DNA of 64,000 nucleotides from Mobula hypostoma. Its lineage: Eukaryota. The notes under the pieces are model-generated. The model was not told the origin of the DNA. It made no database searches and saw only the letters and a list, made by a program, of their open reading frames with translations. This document shows, piece by piece, positions 50,107 through 62,459 of this stretch. The translations under genes and the position numbers were made by a program. The stretch covers positions 224,814,001-224,878,000 of the forward strand of contig NC_086097.1 in NCBI RefSeq assembly GCF_963921235.1, in the 5' to 3' direction. The number at the start of each line of letters is the position of its first letter. Position 1 is the stretch's first letter.

Positions 50107-50852
50107 TATCATTGGATAAGAGCTACGCTAATCTAGGCATTTGCTAAAACTGATCTGCTTGGCCACAAGGCCTTCAAGTCTGTCACCCAAATGGTTGTCT
50201 GTCCAAATAGATCAAATTCTCAAATACGGAAGAAATTTGTCGCAGTTAAATATCTAGTCCATAGCTATGAGTCTGCAGAGTCTTACCAATGAATCCTTGC
50301 AAAGATGACTCTTAAGATAATTAAAAACTCAAAAATAATATTTTGTAAGATACTAATTTCAACAGCATTAAATGTCATAGTCATAGTCATACTTTATTGA
50401 TCCTGAGGGAAATTGGGTTTCGTTACAGTTGCTCCAACCAAGAATAGGCTATAAATATAGCAATATAAAACCATAAATAATTAAATAATAATATGTAATA
50501 AGTATGCAGAAGCAATATGAGAGAAAACAAGCAATAATTAGGTGAACTAAACCAAAACTGTCAAAATTGCATCTTTCCTTATCATTCATACCTTGTGCTG
50601 TTCTCTGCAACCCCTTGCAAATGTTCACACATTAGCAATATCAACAAAATATTTAACTCCTGTGAGGTTCTTTGATGTTACTCTGGAAATTAAATGATAT
50701 TTGAACATTATTATACCATAATATAGGTGTATCATATTTTGTTTGAGATATGATCTGTTGTTGTTAAAATGTTCTCCAATTAATTTTGAAAATCTAGAAG
50801 TGAAGGCCTTCAAGGGGAATGTTCACCGACATTTAATAATCCTGAATGAATA

Positions 50853-51025
50853 CACACAATGGCTTCTTTATTAGGTACTTCCTACAACTAATAAAGCGGC
50901 CACTGAGTGTATGTTCATGGTCTTCTACTGCTGTAGCCAATCCAATTTAAGGCTTGGCGTGCTGTGCATTCAGTGATGCTTTTCTGGATACTACGGTTGT
51001 AAAGTACGTTATTTAAGTTACTGTT
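50853..51025. mobile_element. Tc1-like mini-MITE (50853-50909) with probable adjacent internal sequence
   Basis: TA-CACACAATGGCTTCTTTATTAG..CTAATAAAGCGGCCACTGAGTG-TA imperfect inverted termini. Confidence 0.6.
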
Positions 51026-51029
51026 ACGG

Positions 51030-51765
51030 AAAACTGTGTGCTGAATGCGAAGGCTCATGGGGTGGTGGGTGAGATCAAGAGGAACTCTTTGCTTGTTAAG
51101 GCAGCAGGAAGAAGGGGTAAGGGCAGATGTTCAGGAAATGGAGGAAATGCAGGTGAGGGCAGCATCAGTGGTGGAGAAAGGGAAATCCTGTTCTTTGAAG
51201 GAGGAGGAGGACACCTTTGATGCTCTGGAAAGGAAAGCTTCACCTTGGGAACAAATGCAGTGAAGACAAAAGAACTGAGGAAAGGGAACAGCATTTTTAC
51301 AAGAGACAAGGTGGGAAGAGGTATAGTCAAAATAGCCGTGGGAATTGATAGGTTCCTAAAAGATATCGGTAGACAGTTTGTCTCCATAGATGAAGACAGA
51401 GAGATTGAGCAAAGGGAGAGAGGTGTCAGAAATGGACCAAGTGAACTTAAGGGCAGGGTGAAAGTTGGAGGCAAGGTTGATGAAACTGATGAGCTCAGCA
51501 TGGGTGCATGAAGCAGCAGCAAAGCAGTCATCTGTGTAGCACGGAAAGATTTGGGGAACATTACCAGGCAAGGCTTGGAATATGGACTGTTCCATGTCGT
51601 CTGTAAAAGGGCAGGCATAGCTGGGGCCCATGTCAGTGCCCATTGCTACGTGTTGAGTTTGGAGAAAGTGAGGGGGGGTGAGCTGAAAGACAAATTGTTG
51701 AGTATGAGGACGAGCTCTGCCGGATGGAGAAGTGTGGTGGTGAAGGGGAACTGTTCGGGTCCACC
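51030..51765 (-). mobile_element. Penelope-like element reverse transcriptase fragment
   Basis: ORF 51356-51643 (MGTDMGPSYAC..YTDDCF..NFHPALKFTWSIS..LPLLNLSV) fits PLE RT motifs. Confidence 0.85.
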
Positions 51766-53564
51766 ATATGGAGGAGGGCAGTGGAATTGGTCATGAGCTT
51801 CTTCTAAGCCCATTCAATATCAAAAATGTTGCCATAATTTTACCTCTCATTCTTCTAAACTTCTATGAGAAAAGGTCAATCTTTTATTCCTTAGAAGTAA
51901 ATCTAGGCATCAACTTAGTGAATCTTCCCAGTATTAAGAAATGTGTCAGAAGCAGGACTAAATATTTAGTGCAAAGACCCACCAAACCAATGAAATTCCA
52001 GCACAGGACCACCATCTTCATGCTTAACGAAGTGCAGTAGATTATGCACTGTTGGATCAGAAAAATCTCTGCAGCCTGAATATTTTCAATAAAAATTCTA
52101 ATGTCATTTATAACTGATAGAGGAAGGTGCTCCCCAAAATTAAGCATGCTAGGTTCAGAGTGTGAGACAAATCTGAAGCAACCATATGAAATTAATATTG
52201 CCAAGTTGACCCAATTGTCAAGATTTTGAAGGTTCCCATGGATTCCAGCATTCAGCCAATTCAGTTTGTTCCATGTGGTGTGGAGGGATATTGAAATCAG
52301 CAAAGGTGGAAATGTTGAAAACAACTCCAGTGTAATCCAGATGTGGAAATATCCTCTCCAGGCACTAACTCAATCTTGTTCTATCTAAAACGAACAAAAC
52401 AATGGGTCAAACCTAACAATTCATTATATTTCATTCAATCTGCAGCAAGAAGAACATGGAATTAATAATAATCTCAAGACACACTAAACTGCAAAGAGTA
52501 TACCTCCAGTACCAAAGTAGTTTCAGTGACATGCTGGATCTTGCTATGTGACACGATCTCCGTCATTCAGATTAAAGGAACTTCTGATATCAAAAAGAAA
52601 AAGGTAGCATATGAAAAGTCGGGGAATAAATAGGAAGGGAAAAGGGGAGCATTGAAACAGGGAATGAGGATGGCTAAAAGGAGCCGAGGAACAACTTTAG
52701 AATGCAGAATTAAAGAGAACCACAAGGCAGTTTATATGAACACTAATGCTAGGTTAAGTAGAGACTACTCCACTTACAATGGATAGAATTTAAAGGATAC
52801 AAAGGAGAGACTACTACAATGGATAGAATTTATGCCAGTAAACAGAGGAAATGTCAAGATACTCTGCTTTGGTATTCACCAAGGAGACGAACATAGAGAT
52901 GGTGGGATAAGGGAAGGGTGTGCTCATATTTAAGTGCATGTTTATATAAGGAAGGAGGAGATGTTGGGGAAAAACTTAAAGGTGGATGTCTCCAGAGCCT
53001 GATAGGATCTATTCTCTGTAATTGAAGAGATTGCTGGGGCCTTGACAGAGATCTTTGTATTCTGTTTCGTTGCCTGCGAGGTGTTAGGAGACTGGAGAGT
53101 AGCTATTGCATTCCTTTCATTTAAGATGGGCTATAGAGACATGCAAGGAAATTATACACAGGTAAATCTTACATAGGTGGTAGAGAAATTATTGGAGAAG
53201 ATTCTTAAGAAATGGATTGACTTACATCTGGCAAAGCATGAGCTTATTTGGGGTAGTCAACGCACCTTTGTGCAGGGGAGTTCATGTCTTACAAAGATAA
53301 TGAAGAGGTGGCCAAGATGATTGCCGAGAGCAGAACAGAAATGTTCTATATGTGGATTTTTGTAAAGCATTTGATGAAGTCCCTCATGATAGCTTGATCC
53401 ATAAGGTTTAGGCTCATGACATCCATGATAACTTGGTAGTTTGGCTTGGTCATAGAAGGCAAAATATAGTGGTGAAAGGGTATTATTCTGACTGGAGTAT
53501 CTTACCAGGATCATTGTTTTTGTGATATATGTGATTTGGACAAAATTGACTGATTTCACTAGAG

Positions 53565-53644
53565 CAGGGGTTTCCAACCTTCTTTTATGCCATGGACCAA
53601 ACCATTAAACAAGGGGTCTTTGGAGCCCAGGTTCAGAACCCCTG
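53565..53644. mobile_element. hAT (Charlie-type) MITE, 80 bp
   Basis: TIRs CAGGGGTTTCCAACCT and AGGTTCAGAACCCCTG; 8-bp TSD CACTAGAG/CTCTAGAG matching the NTCTAGAN preference. Confidence 0.8.
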
Positions 53645-53717
53645 CTCTAGAGCATTGGGAGCTGAGGGGTGTCTCTGGTAAAAAAAATAACATGATGCAC
53701 AGATCTAATAAATAGTG

Positions 53718-53824
53718 TAGACCTGTCCTGACGAAGGGTCTCGGCCCGAAACGTTGACTGTACCTCTTACTAGAGATGCTGCCTGACCTGCTGCGTTCAC
53801 CAGCAACTTTGATGTGTGTTGCTA
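53718..53824 (+). mobile_element. Penelope-like terminal-repeat insertion with 12-bp TSD
   Basis: TAATAAATAGTG at 53706-53717 and 53825-53836. Confidence 0.85.
53725..53758 (+). ncRNA. Minimal hammerhead ribozyme motif (GUU site)
   Basis: GTC-CTGACGA-AGGGTCTCGGCCC-GAAAC-GTT-GAC; core and stem II intact, 3-bp stem I. Confidence 0.65.
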
Positions 53825-54837
53825 TAATAAATAGTGGGAGTCTTTCACCCAGATTGGAAATACTAGCGGGCATAGATTTAAGTTGAGATGGGGAAAGTTT
53901 AAAGGAGATTTACGAGAAAAGTTCTTACAGAATGAATGGTAGATACCTAGAATACATTGCCAGGGGAACAGGTGGAAGCCAATAAAATGATAAATGTTTG
54001 AGGCATTTAGACAAGCACGTGAACAGGCAGAGCATGTAACAATATAGAACAGGAGAGGTGAACCTTTTTGACAGCCAGTGTCCAAATTGTTGATAATCTC
54101 CTAAAAAATTCCTTCCTGTGCCATGATAATTTGAGTAGAGACAATTATTGATTAATGAAGTAGTAAAATAATTATTGAATATTTTAAGGAAAAAGGACAA
54201 GTCCTGTTGCCTATTTATATGTATTCATTGTTTTATTATTGATCAAAGTATAACAGAGACATATTGAGATAATTGAAGCATTTTAGAAAACCTGTTCAAA
54301 AAGTATTAATATTAATCTTTTAAAAAGACAATTGAAAAATAATTCAGGGAGGCTACATGCAGTATTTACCATGATTATACTGAATGTCCAGTATTCACTC
54401 ACAAATGACAGAAGAAAAAAATATAACAATACCAACTGGCTCAACCATTTACCATCCAAATATACCAGGTACACTGGGTCTCCAAGGATTTCAAAACGTA
54501 TCATCCAACATTTAATGTCTCATAAGCATCTAGCTGGCACTATGCTGGAATGACACTTTTCCTGAGAAAACATCTCACTGCTCTGGGATGGTAAAAACAT
54601 ATTTGCGGCTTCATTTGGCAGTACAAATAACCCTTTTTATTATGGTGGGGGTTAAGGAATAAAGCAATGGCACAGCATACTGTGCACCCACAATTTTTTT
54701 TGCATGTACCATCATGGGCATATGTGCCAATGATTCACCACCTGTGAACACTAGTAAGGATGATGGTGAGGCAGTAATGGCTAGAGGGTGGTAAATATGT
54801 GGGTGCCACGTCATTGGGTATATTTAAAGCAGAGGTT

Positions 54838-55770
54838 AGACCATAACACCATAAGACATAGGAGCAGAATTAGGCCATTCAATCATGGCTGATCATTTTT
54901 CCCCCCTCCTCAGCCCATTCCCTGGCCTTCTTCCCATAACCTTTGATGCTGTGTCCAATTAAGAACCTATCAATCTCTGCCTTAAATATACCCAACAACA
55001 TGGCCTCCAAAGCTGCCTGTGGTAACAAATTCCACAAATTTCATAATCATAATCATAAATTCACCATCGTCAGGCTAAAGAAATTTCTCTGCATCCCTGT
55101 TTTGAATGGGCACCCCTCTATCCTGAGCTGTGCCCTCTTGTCCTAGATTCCCCCACCATGGGAACCACTCTTTCCATATCTACTCTGTCTAGGCACTTCA
55201 ATATCCAAAAGGGTTCAATAAGATTCCCCCTCATCTTCCTAACTTCCAGCAAGTACAGACCCAGAGCCATCAAACATTCCTCATGTTTTCATTTCCAGAA
55301 TCATTCTTGCGAACCTCCTCTGAACCCTCTCAATACCAGCACATCTTTTCATAGATGCTGAGCCCAAAACTGTTCACAATACTCAAGGTGAGACCTCACC
55401 AGTGCCTTATAAAGCCTCAGCATCACATTCCTGCTCTTGTATTCTAGACTTCTTGAAATGAATGCTAACATTGCATTTGCCTTCCTCACCACTGACTCAA
55501 CCTGCAAATTAACCTTTACAGTGTTCAGCACAAGGATTCCCAAGTTCTTCTGCTCAGATTTTTGGATTTTCTCCCCATTTAGAAAATGGTCTGCACATTT
55601 ATTTCTACTACCAAAGTGCATGACCATGCATTTTCCAACATTGGTATTTCATTTGCCACTCTCTTGCCCATTCTCCTAAGTCCTTCCGCAGCCTACCCGT
55701 TTCCTCAACACTCCCTGCCCCTCTTTGTATCTTCTGCAAACTTGGCAACAAGCCATCTATTTCATCATCT
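54838..55770 (-). mobile_element. CR1 LINE 3' portion nested in a plus-strand CR1 tail
   Basis: ORF 55349-55627 (KANAMLAFI..LYKALVRSHLEYCEQFW); AGGTT at both junctions. Confidence 0.85.
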
Positions 55771-56239
55771 AATAGGTTGATAGGTTTTTGATTAGTAAGT
55801 GTGTTAAATATTACAGACGCCATTCAGATGAAAAATAAATCAGCTATGATGGAGTGGCAGAGCTGACTTGATGGGCCAAATGGCCTAATTTTGCTTACGT
55901 GCAGGCAGATGGGATTAGTTTGGATTGGCCTCATGGTCAGTATAGACATAACGGCTGAGTGGCCTTTTCCTGTGCTGTTCTATGTGTTTGTTCTTCGTTC
56001 TGTGATCACATTTCTCAACGACCACTGATACCTGGGCAATGCCACAGGAATTTTCAGTGGCCTTGGCAAGCCTTTAGTATTTTGTTGCCTGCTCCTACAA
56101 TTCAAGATAAAAACAACTATTTGCTTTTTCCTTGTGACCAAAATTTTTTTCGGGGTGGGGGGGGAAGATTTATGCTTCACTTTTTCTACTGGGTGCATTT
56201 TTACCTGCAGACACTAGGTAAAAGAATAAAGAGAAGCAG

Positions 56240-57460
56240 GGAGTGCGGATTTAAATCCAAGTGATCCCGGCCAAAAACGGTGTCGGGAAAAATCTTCAAA
56301 GCACAGAATGCTTTTCCCGTAAGTGGAGGAACGGACCCCGGCGATACCTTTACAGTCCTTGGGAGCAGACTAAAATGAGAATGTCGCTCCCGCTGGGATT
56401 AGGTAACACAAATAAAAGTTCCCCGTGAGCTTTCCGTGCACCTGAACTCACTTCTCATAAACAGTTCAAATGACATAAAGAATAGGCGGACTCCGGGGTA
56501 AAGGTAAGAGCGGATTCTGTGTTGTTCACGTGAACCAATTTTTCTCAGGTCTGCAGGAGAGGAAACGCGTTACTTTCAGTGCAAAATATTGTGAGCGAGA
56601 CAACGAACCCTTCAGCAGTCCCTGCGAGCGTTACATTTATGGTGCATTGGGTACAGAGGGAGAATCGTAAACGGAATTATCTTTACCTGTTCAAAGTACG
56701 AGAAAAGTCCTGCCCCCTTCTCCCTTTCCAACCGTGAAGTTAGAGAGTGGGGAAGGGCCGGCACTGTACAAGGTAACAACTGACGGCGTGAAGCGGGACA
56801 ACAAGTCCCTTTGACGTTAGTTACTGTTTAACATCTCCACCCACTTGGAGCTGATTCAAAGATCGATGCGGTGACAGCTTGGTGAGGCCCCGGCGCCTAG
56901 GAGCAGGCGGCGCTCAGCAACAGATGGCAAGGGCGCACCTTCGTCCCGCAGTTTGCCCCCTCCGCCGCTTGAGCTGAGCCATCGCCCGCTGGCCGCTGCC
57001 ACTGCAATGACAACTAGCCGCCCGGACTCCTGGTAATCAGACGGAAGGTAAGAATCGGCGGCCTTTTTGTGTTCAGATTGCGCTCATTCCCTCTTCTTCA
57101 TCTCCCCCTCCCCCTCCACCCACCTTTGGAGCAGAAGTATATAAACAGTGGACGGTACACGTGACGGGAGAGTCCCCTCACCCTCTTGCGCTTTTAAGAC
57201 CTTCACTACTTCTCAGCCTCCTTTTATTTGTTTCTACAGGAACATTTGCGATAGTGAAGGGGCGGGAACTTTTAGGGATAGCAAAAAAACTATGTTCACT
57301 GTTTTTCTTGAAGGTTCATGTCACCTTTTGGGAAACTAGGGATACGTCTTTTCCCCTCTGCTGTCCAGCCCGTTGTGTGCGTATCGGGTTTACCGGTGGG
57401 GGAGGCCACCTTGTTGGTGAATTCACTGTTCGGGTTCTTAGCGAACTCGAGCCGTCAACT
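56240..57460. promoter_or_regulatory. CpG island, probable bidirectional promoter
   Basis: Repeat-free and CpG-dense against a CpG-depleted background; GC box GGGGCGGG at about 57259; CACGTG at about 56527 and 57159; outward-facing splice donors at 57048 (+) and 56686 (-). Confidence 0.75.
56880..57047 (+). other. Candidate non-coding first exon with two short uORFs
   Basis: GC-rich core ending in a strong donor AAG|GTAAGA; uORFs at 56924-56977 (17 aa) and 57007-57036 (9 aa). Start is approximate. Confidence 0.5.
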
Positions 57461-58432
57461 GAATGAAATGCCACTAATCCCAGGCACTGTGCTGTGATTT
57501 CGTTACCAGGGTATAGTCATTTGTGGCCTGACTTCAGAAAAGTATTTGACCACCTTCTGCATTGAGTCATTCCGATAATTTGTGATATTCTGATCATTTC
57601 GCAAACTGCAAAGTTTAATTGCAGCGAATTAATATTATTAAAAGCGGACGGAAAGTTGTATCTTGGCATATAGATTAAGATGTCTACACAACATTTTATT
57701 TTTTTTAAAGCGCGAACGGGAGCAGGACATGGGGAGCAATTTGTGTGAGTGGTCACGGGAACAAATTAATTCGGAAATCGAATTGTTCCTAGATTTATTT
57801 GGTTAAAAGTACGGCAAGATTTACTAAAGTTAAATAGTCTATGGCTAATACTGGAAAAAAGTTTTATTAAATGTTATATGTGACAAAACTATACAGGCAA
57901 CCTCATTTGCTCATCTAGTTCAAACACTTAATGTAAATAAGAGGAAATTTTTGTTGTCTCATTTTCTGGCTGTCACAGTGTGTCAGTTCTCGGTCATTGA
58001 CTCCACCTGGCTCTGAACTAACCCAAGGCATATATTTACTCAAAGAGGTGTCAATATTTTAATTCTGATGAGCTACAACAATTTAAAACGCCGAATGCCT
58101 TGTATTAATGGTGAGTCGTGGCCGAGCTCATTTCCACTGGGGTGGGAAAGTGCGCGACAAGGTGCGTTCGGCAAGCTGTATTTGGGGCATGCTCAAACGA
58201 GCTCGTATCCAATGGAAACGGGACTGAGAGTTTTGGATCTGTAGATGAAAGACTTATTCCATTTCGGTTTTAGTTCGTATTCATATCTGGATTTTGTGTA
58301 ATTCTCAGGAATACTTTAGCAGGTGAAGTTGGTGAATTAACAATTCACCCGATCGCTGCATGTCACACGCACTCTAGTGTTTTTTATTGGGATCCGGGGT
58401 GGAATGGCGGTGGTGGTGGAGAATTGAGGAAG

Positions 58433-58475
58433 ATGGAAGACCTATTCAGGACATACTTAGCGGACAAGCGCCGAG
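58433..58475 (+). CDS. Candidate first coding exon segment MEDLFRTYLADKRR (gene unidentified)
   Basis: Kozak context AAGATGG; donor GAG|GTAGAT; upstream acceptor TTCTCAG|58309; CpG-containing unique sequence. Confidence 0.25.
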
Positions 58476-59349
58476 GTAGATTTTGATCACTGAGACAAAG
58501 CTAATAAGGGCTGAACTCTACGAAGCGATTTCAAGAACTTGCTGCAGATTACATTGATTCCAGTTGACATAACGTTGTTAAATTTATACTGTTTGAAAGA
58601 ATTCTAGTGAATGTTAACTTAGTACTAAATCTAGCTCAATTTAAAACATTAATTTTCTCTTTTTTTTCACACCCCAAAAGAATAAAACTAGGTTTTGGAA
58701 ATGCACCAACCATATGCAATGCTTGATGTTACAACGGGTAGTTCCGTCCCCTGACATTGCATTTATTTTCAAATCCATTTTCAGAGCCTTTCCCTTTTGC
58801 TTTTGCCATTCCTCACACATCCATTTATTTGGATTAAAACTGCACCCTATTATTGGGAGCATTTTCTGCTTCATCAGAAATTAATTATTCTGTTTTTGGC
58901 TCACTTTGACTTTTGCTTCTATTGAGTAGATTGTAAGTGGTGTTAGTGGATGATAAAATTATAACATACTATTTTAATTTTCCTCTTTGGGCTAGACACA
59001 CAACGTTGGTACTCTATGATGTATGTCAACATATGCTCACAGGGCAGCTAAACAGAAAACACACAAAGCTGGCTAAAGCAAACAAGACCTTTAGCATAGA
59101 AAAGGATTAAGGCACAAATTCTGAATTCTTCACTCAGCAGAAATGGTGTGGTTGGGGTGATATGATACACTGATACAGCAATATTTCACCTATATCAAAA
59201 AGGAACAAAACATTTCCATTTTAGATCAGTGCTTTGGTGGTGTGTGGTAGCATTGTGATAAATAAAATAATCTGCACAATCTTATTGAAATTAGTACACA
59301 TAATATCTTTTTCTTTCATGAATATATTGTGACCTTCCATGCTACGAAT

Positions 59350-60084
59350 TAGTTATTCCCTGAGTTACGAACATCCGACTTACGAACAACTCGTACTTAG
59401 GCATTATGGCAGGCCATTCATATTATATTAAAAAATTTTCGGCTCGAAGAAGGAGAATACTGTCCGCCATTTTAAGTCAGATCATGTTGCCGTTAACACC
59501 GTGTTGAATGTGTAACTTTGTATTTGGCTTAAATTTTTCTTAGCAAGATTCACCCTGACCTCCACTTTCCAGTCAGCACCACCTCCACTTGTCCCACTTA
59601 ACCTGTCTCAGTGTGGGTGGACTTTAGGACCCGGATGAGCACAGGACCAGCCGCCCGCGGCTGCTGCTGAATCCGCAGTGTTTGTTCCATTGACGGAAAA
59701 CAATCACGATTGAAAATAAAGTGGAAGTAATAAAGCGATCGGAAAGAGGTGAAATGCCATCGGTCATTGGAAAAGCATTCGGCTACATTCGGTCAAGGAT
59801 TGGAACAATTTTAAAGGATATAGTGAGAATAATGGAGCATGTGAAAGGCCCTGCTCCGATGAAAGCTACAATTATTACTAAGCAATGCAGTGGTTTAATT
59901 ATTGAAATACATATGTTTAAGTGTTTCATATGCATAGAAAGGTAAAATATATACTATATACTAAGACAAACGTTTGACTAACTGATGCTAAATAGCACTG
60001 GATGTACCTGTTCCAACTTACGTACAAATCCAACTTAAAGATAGACTTAGGAACGGAACTCATTCGTAACCCGGGGACTTTCTG
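59350..60084 (+). mobile_element. Tigger/pogo deletion derivative with transposase N-terminal HTH remnant
   Basis: RKTITIENKVEVIKRSERGEMPSVIGKAFGYIRSRIGTILKD is a CENP-B-type HTH; right TIR TTCGTAACCCGGGGACTTTCTG followed by TA; degenerate left TIR. Confidence 0.85.
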
Positions 60085-61584
60085 TAATGGAATTCAGACG
60101 TAAGGAATGATGTCATGAGCTGCTTGATTGGAAAATGAAGGGTATAATCACTACGTAATCATCCCTGGGCACTGTGCAAAGAGTTGTCTTGTATTGTTTA
60201 GTAACAAGACTGTATTGGCATTCATTATGTCTATATTATCCCAAAAATATGTACATCAAAGTTGGATTATTTAATATTCCTATGGCAGCAGCTATAAGTC
60301 AATGCTAGCTTTTGCTCTTTTCAATCTCACATGGCTGATAAGGACTGCCTGTGGGAACTTGCTAAGTAAACAGAGGATAGTGAAGCTAGATCTGTGGTCA
60401 CCTGCAGGCTATACTGGAAAAGACAAGGGAATCCTTTTCATGAAAGTTATTTTTTCTTGATCCAGAAGGGATTTAGAGAACAATTTCAGTAATTTCCAGT
60501 AATTTCATGTTTGCCATTACTAATATTTGCTGTTTATTTCCAGATGATTTATTGACTATGTTTAATCAGCCCAACTAATATGGTTGGTTTTGATCTCATC
60601 CAGATTATTAGCAATTGAGTTGCTAGTCCTGTTATTTAACCACTAAATCAGCAATGTAGTTACCCATTTCAATCTAACTAAAACATGTGCTGGTGTTCAT
60701 TCTTTCTCTGGGATAGTCTCCTCAGGGACTTGTAATGACCTGATAAGTCATTGTCATGGACAACATTTCCAAAGTTGTTCTACTTGCCTTTACTATGCAT
60801 GCTGCATTGCATAACTCATGATCAGCAACTTTTACAAATGTGTTAGCCATCTGTAGCAATTTATTTGGTAAACAATCTCTCCAATGTGTCCTCCTAAATC
60901 TTTGGCGATGCAGTATCAAGAAAGTATGGAGAATCTGGTGCCAATACCTGTGCAGAGGCAGGTAACCAGCACATTACTTGCACGATGAAAAGAACTGGTA
61001 AAAAAATAACTTGATGGAATCAGTTAAGATCATTCAGTGCAAGAAATAATGCAGAGGTAGGCAATATAGACTAAAGGGTAGAGATCTTAATCATGGGCAG
61101 GTTCAGAGGAAACTGGGTGTTTTTGCATAAAGCTTTGAAAGTGGCAAGACATACTGGGAGGATGTTTATAAAGCAGAGGTCATCCTGGATATTGGAGATG
61201 TAGAGTACAAAAGCAAGGAAGATGCATTGAAACTCTATAAAACACTAATTAATCTACAACTGGAGCACTGTCCAAATTTGGTCACTCTAGGAAAATGCTG
61301 GAGGTGACAAAGGATTGTTTTAGATTGGTGCATGGACTGTGGGATTTCAGCTAGATGGAGAAGCTGGAGTTCTGCTTGGTACAACGAAGGTTGGGATGAA
61401 ATTTTGATAGAGGTATTCAAAAGAATGATCAGTTTCAGTGGGTTAAACAAGCTTTCATTAACATATGATTCAAAGAAACATTGATGATGTCTCATTGGTA
61501 CATACAAAGAGAAATGTGAAGATAAATGTTTCTTACCTTGAGAGTAGTTTGAGATCTGCTCTCTGTAGGTATAGAATCAATAAA

Positions 61585-62075
61585 TCACATGAGAAATTCT
61601 ACAGATGCTGGAAATCCAAAGCAGCACATACAAAATGCTGGATGAATGCAGCAGATCAGGCTGGAAATGAATGGATAGTTAATGTCTTGAGCTGAGACCC
61701 TTCAGGATCGAGAAGGGAGGGGAAAGGTGCCAGAATAAAAAGGTTGAGGGAGGGTAGGGTGGCTAGCTGGAAGGTGTAGATGAAGCCAGGTGGGTGGGAA
61801 AGATCAAGGAAAGGCTGGAGAAGAAGGAATCTGATAGGAGAGGTGAGTGGACCATAGGAGAAAGGGAAGGAGGAGGGGACCCAAGGGGAAGTAATAGGCA
61901 GGTGAGAAGAGGTAAAAGGTCAGAGTGGGGAATGGGGGGAGGGTGAAATTTGTTTACTGCAAGGGGAAATCGATATTCATGCCATCAGGTGGGAGGCTAC
62001 CTAGGTGGAATATATGGTGTTGCTCCTCAACACTGACGGTGGCCTCAACTTGACACGAGAGGAGGCCAGGGACAT
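61585..62075 (-). mobile_element. Penelope-like element 3' end
   Basis: EEQHHIFHLGSLPPDGMNIDF (PLE endonuclease C-terminus) followed by the terminal repeat; homologous to 43727-44250. Confidence 0.8.
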
Positions 62076-62459
62076 AATCAATAAAGGCCTTGAAAATGGG
62101 GGAAATACAAATAGTGATTGAGAAAGAATAATTTGCACGGATATAGAGGAAGTGCAGGGGAAATGAGATGGACAGATTTGCTCCACTGGAAGCCAGCACA
62201 ATTTCATAATTTCATGATTTACAGATGCTAAAGAAACATGGCATAGAGATGAATGAGAAGCAGATCTTCTGAATAACATGTTACAAATTGTCAAATTTCA
62301 AAGACTAATTTCTCTCAATCCTCTCGGCAGCAGTATCTAATTCAGAAGATCTGATTCAAACTGACATTTTTGTTCAATGAAGTTAGTGTCTGCAGGGATC
62401 ATTGGGTCCTAAAATTTATTTAGTATATTGGGTTTGTTAAACTTTAGGGAATTCATGTA

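Larger units (their letters stand above)
52640..54050 (+). mobile_element. Old CR1 ORF2 remnant hosting a hAT MITE and a PLE insertion
   Basis: Degraded homology to CR1 (GAGGACTGGAGAGTAGCT, GGAAATTAT, AAAGCATTTGA). Confidence 0.65.

Noticed and set aside
51884..52324. 146-aa hydrophobic ORF
   Set aside because: Non-ATG start, AT-rich composition and no recognisable family.
58331..58349. Hairpin GGTGAATT-AAC-AATTCACC
   Set aside because: An 8-bp inverted repeat is expected by chance in 64 kb.
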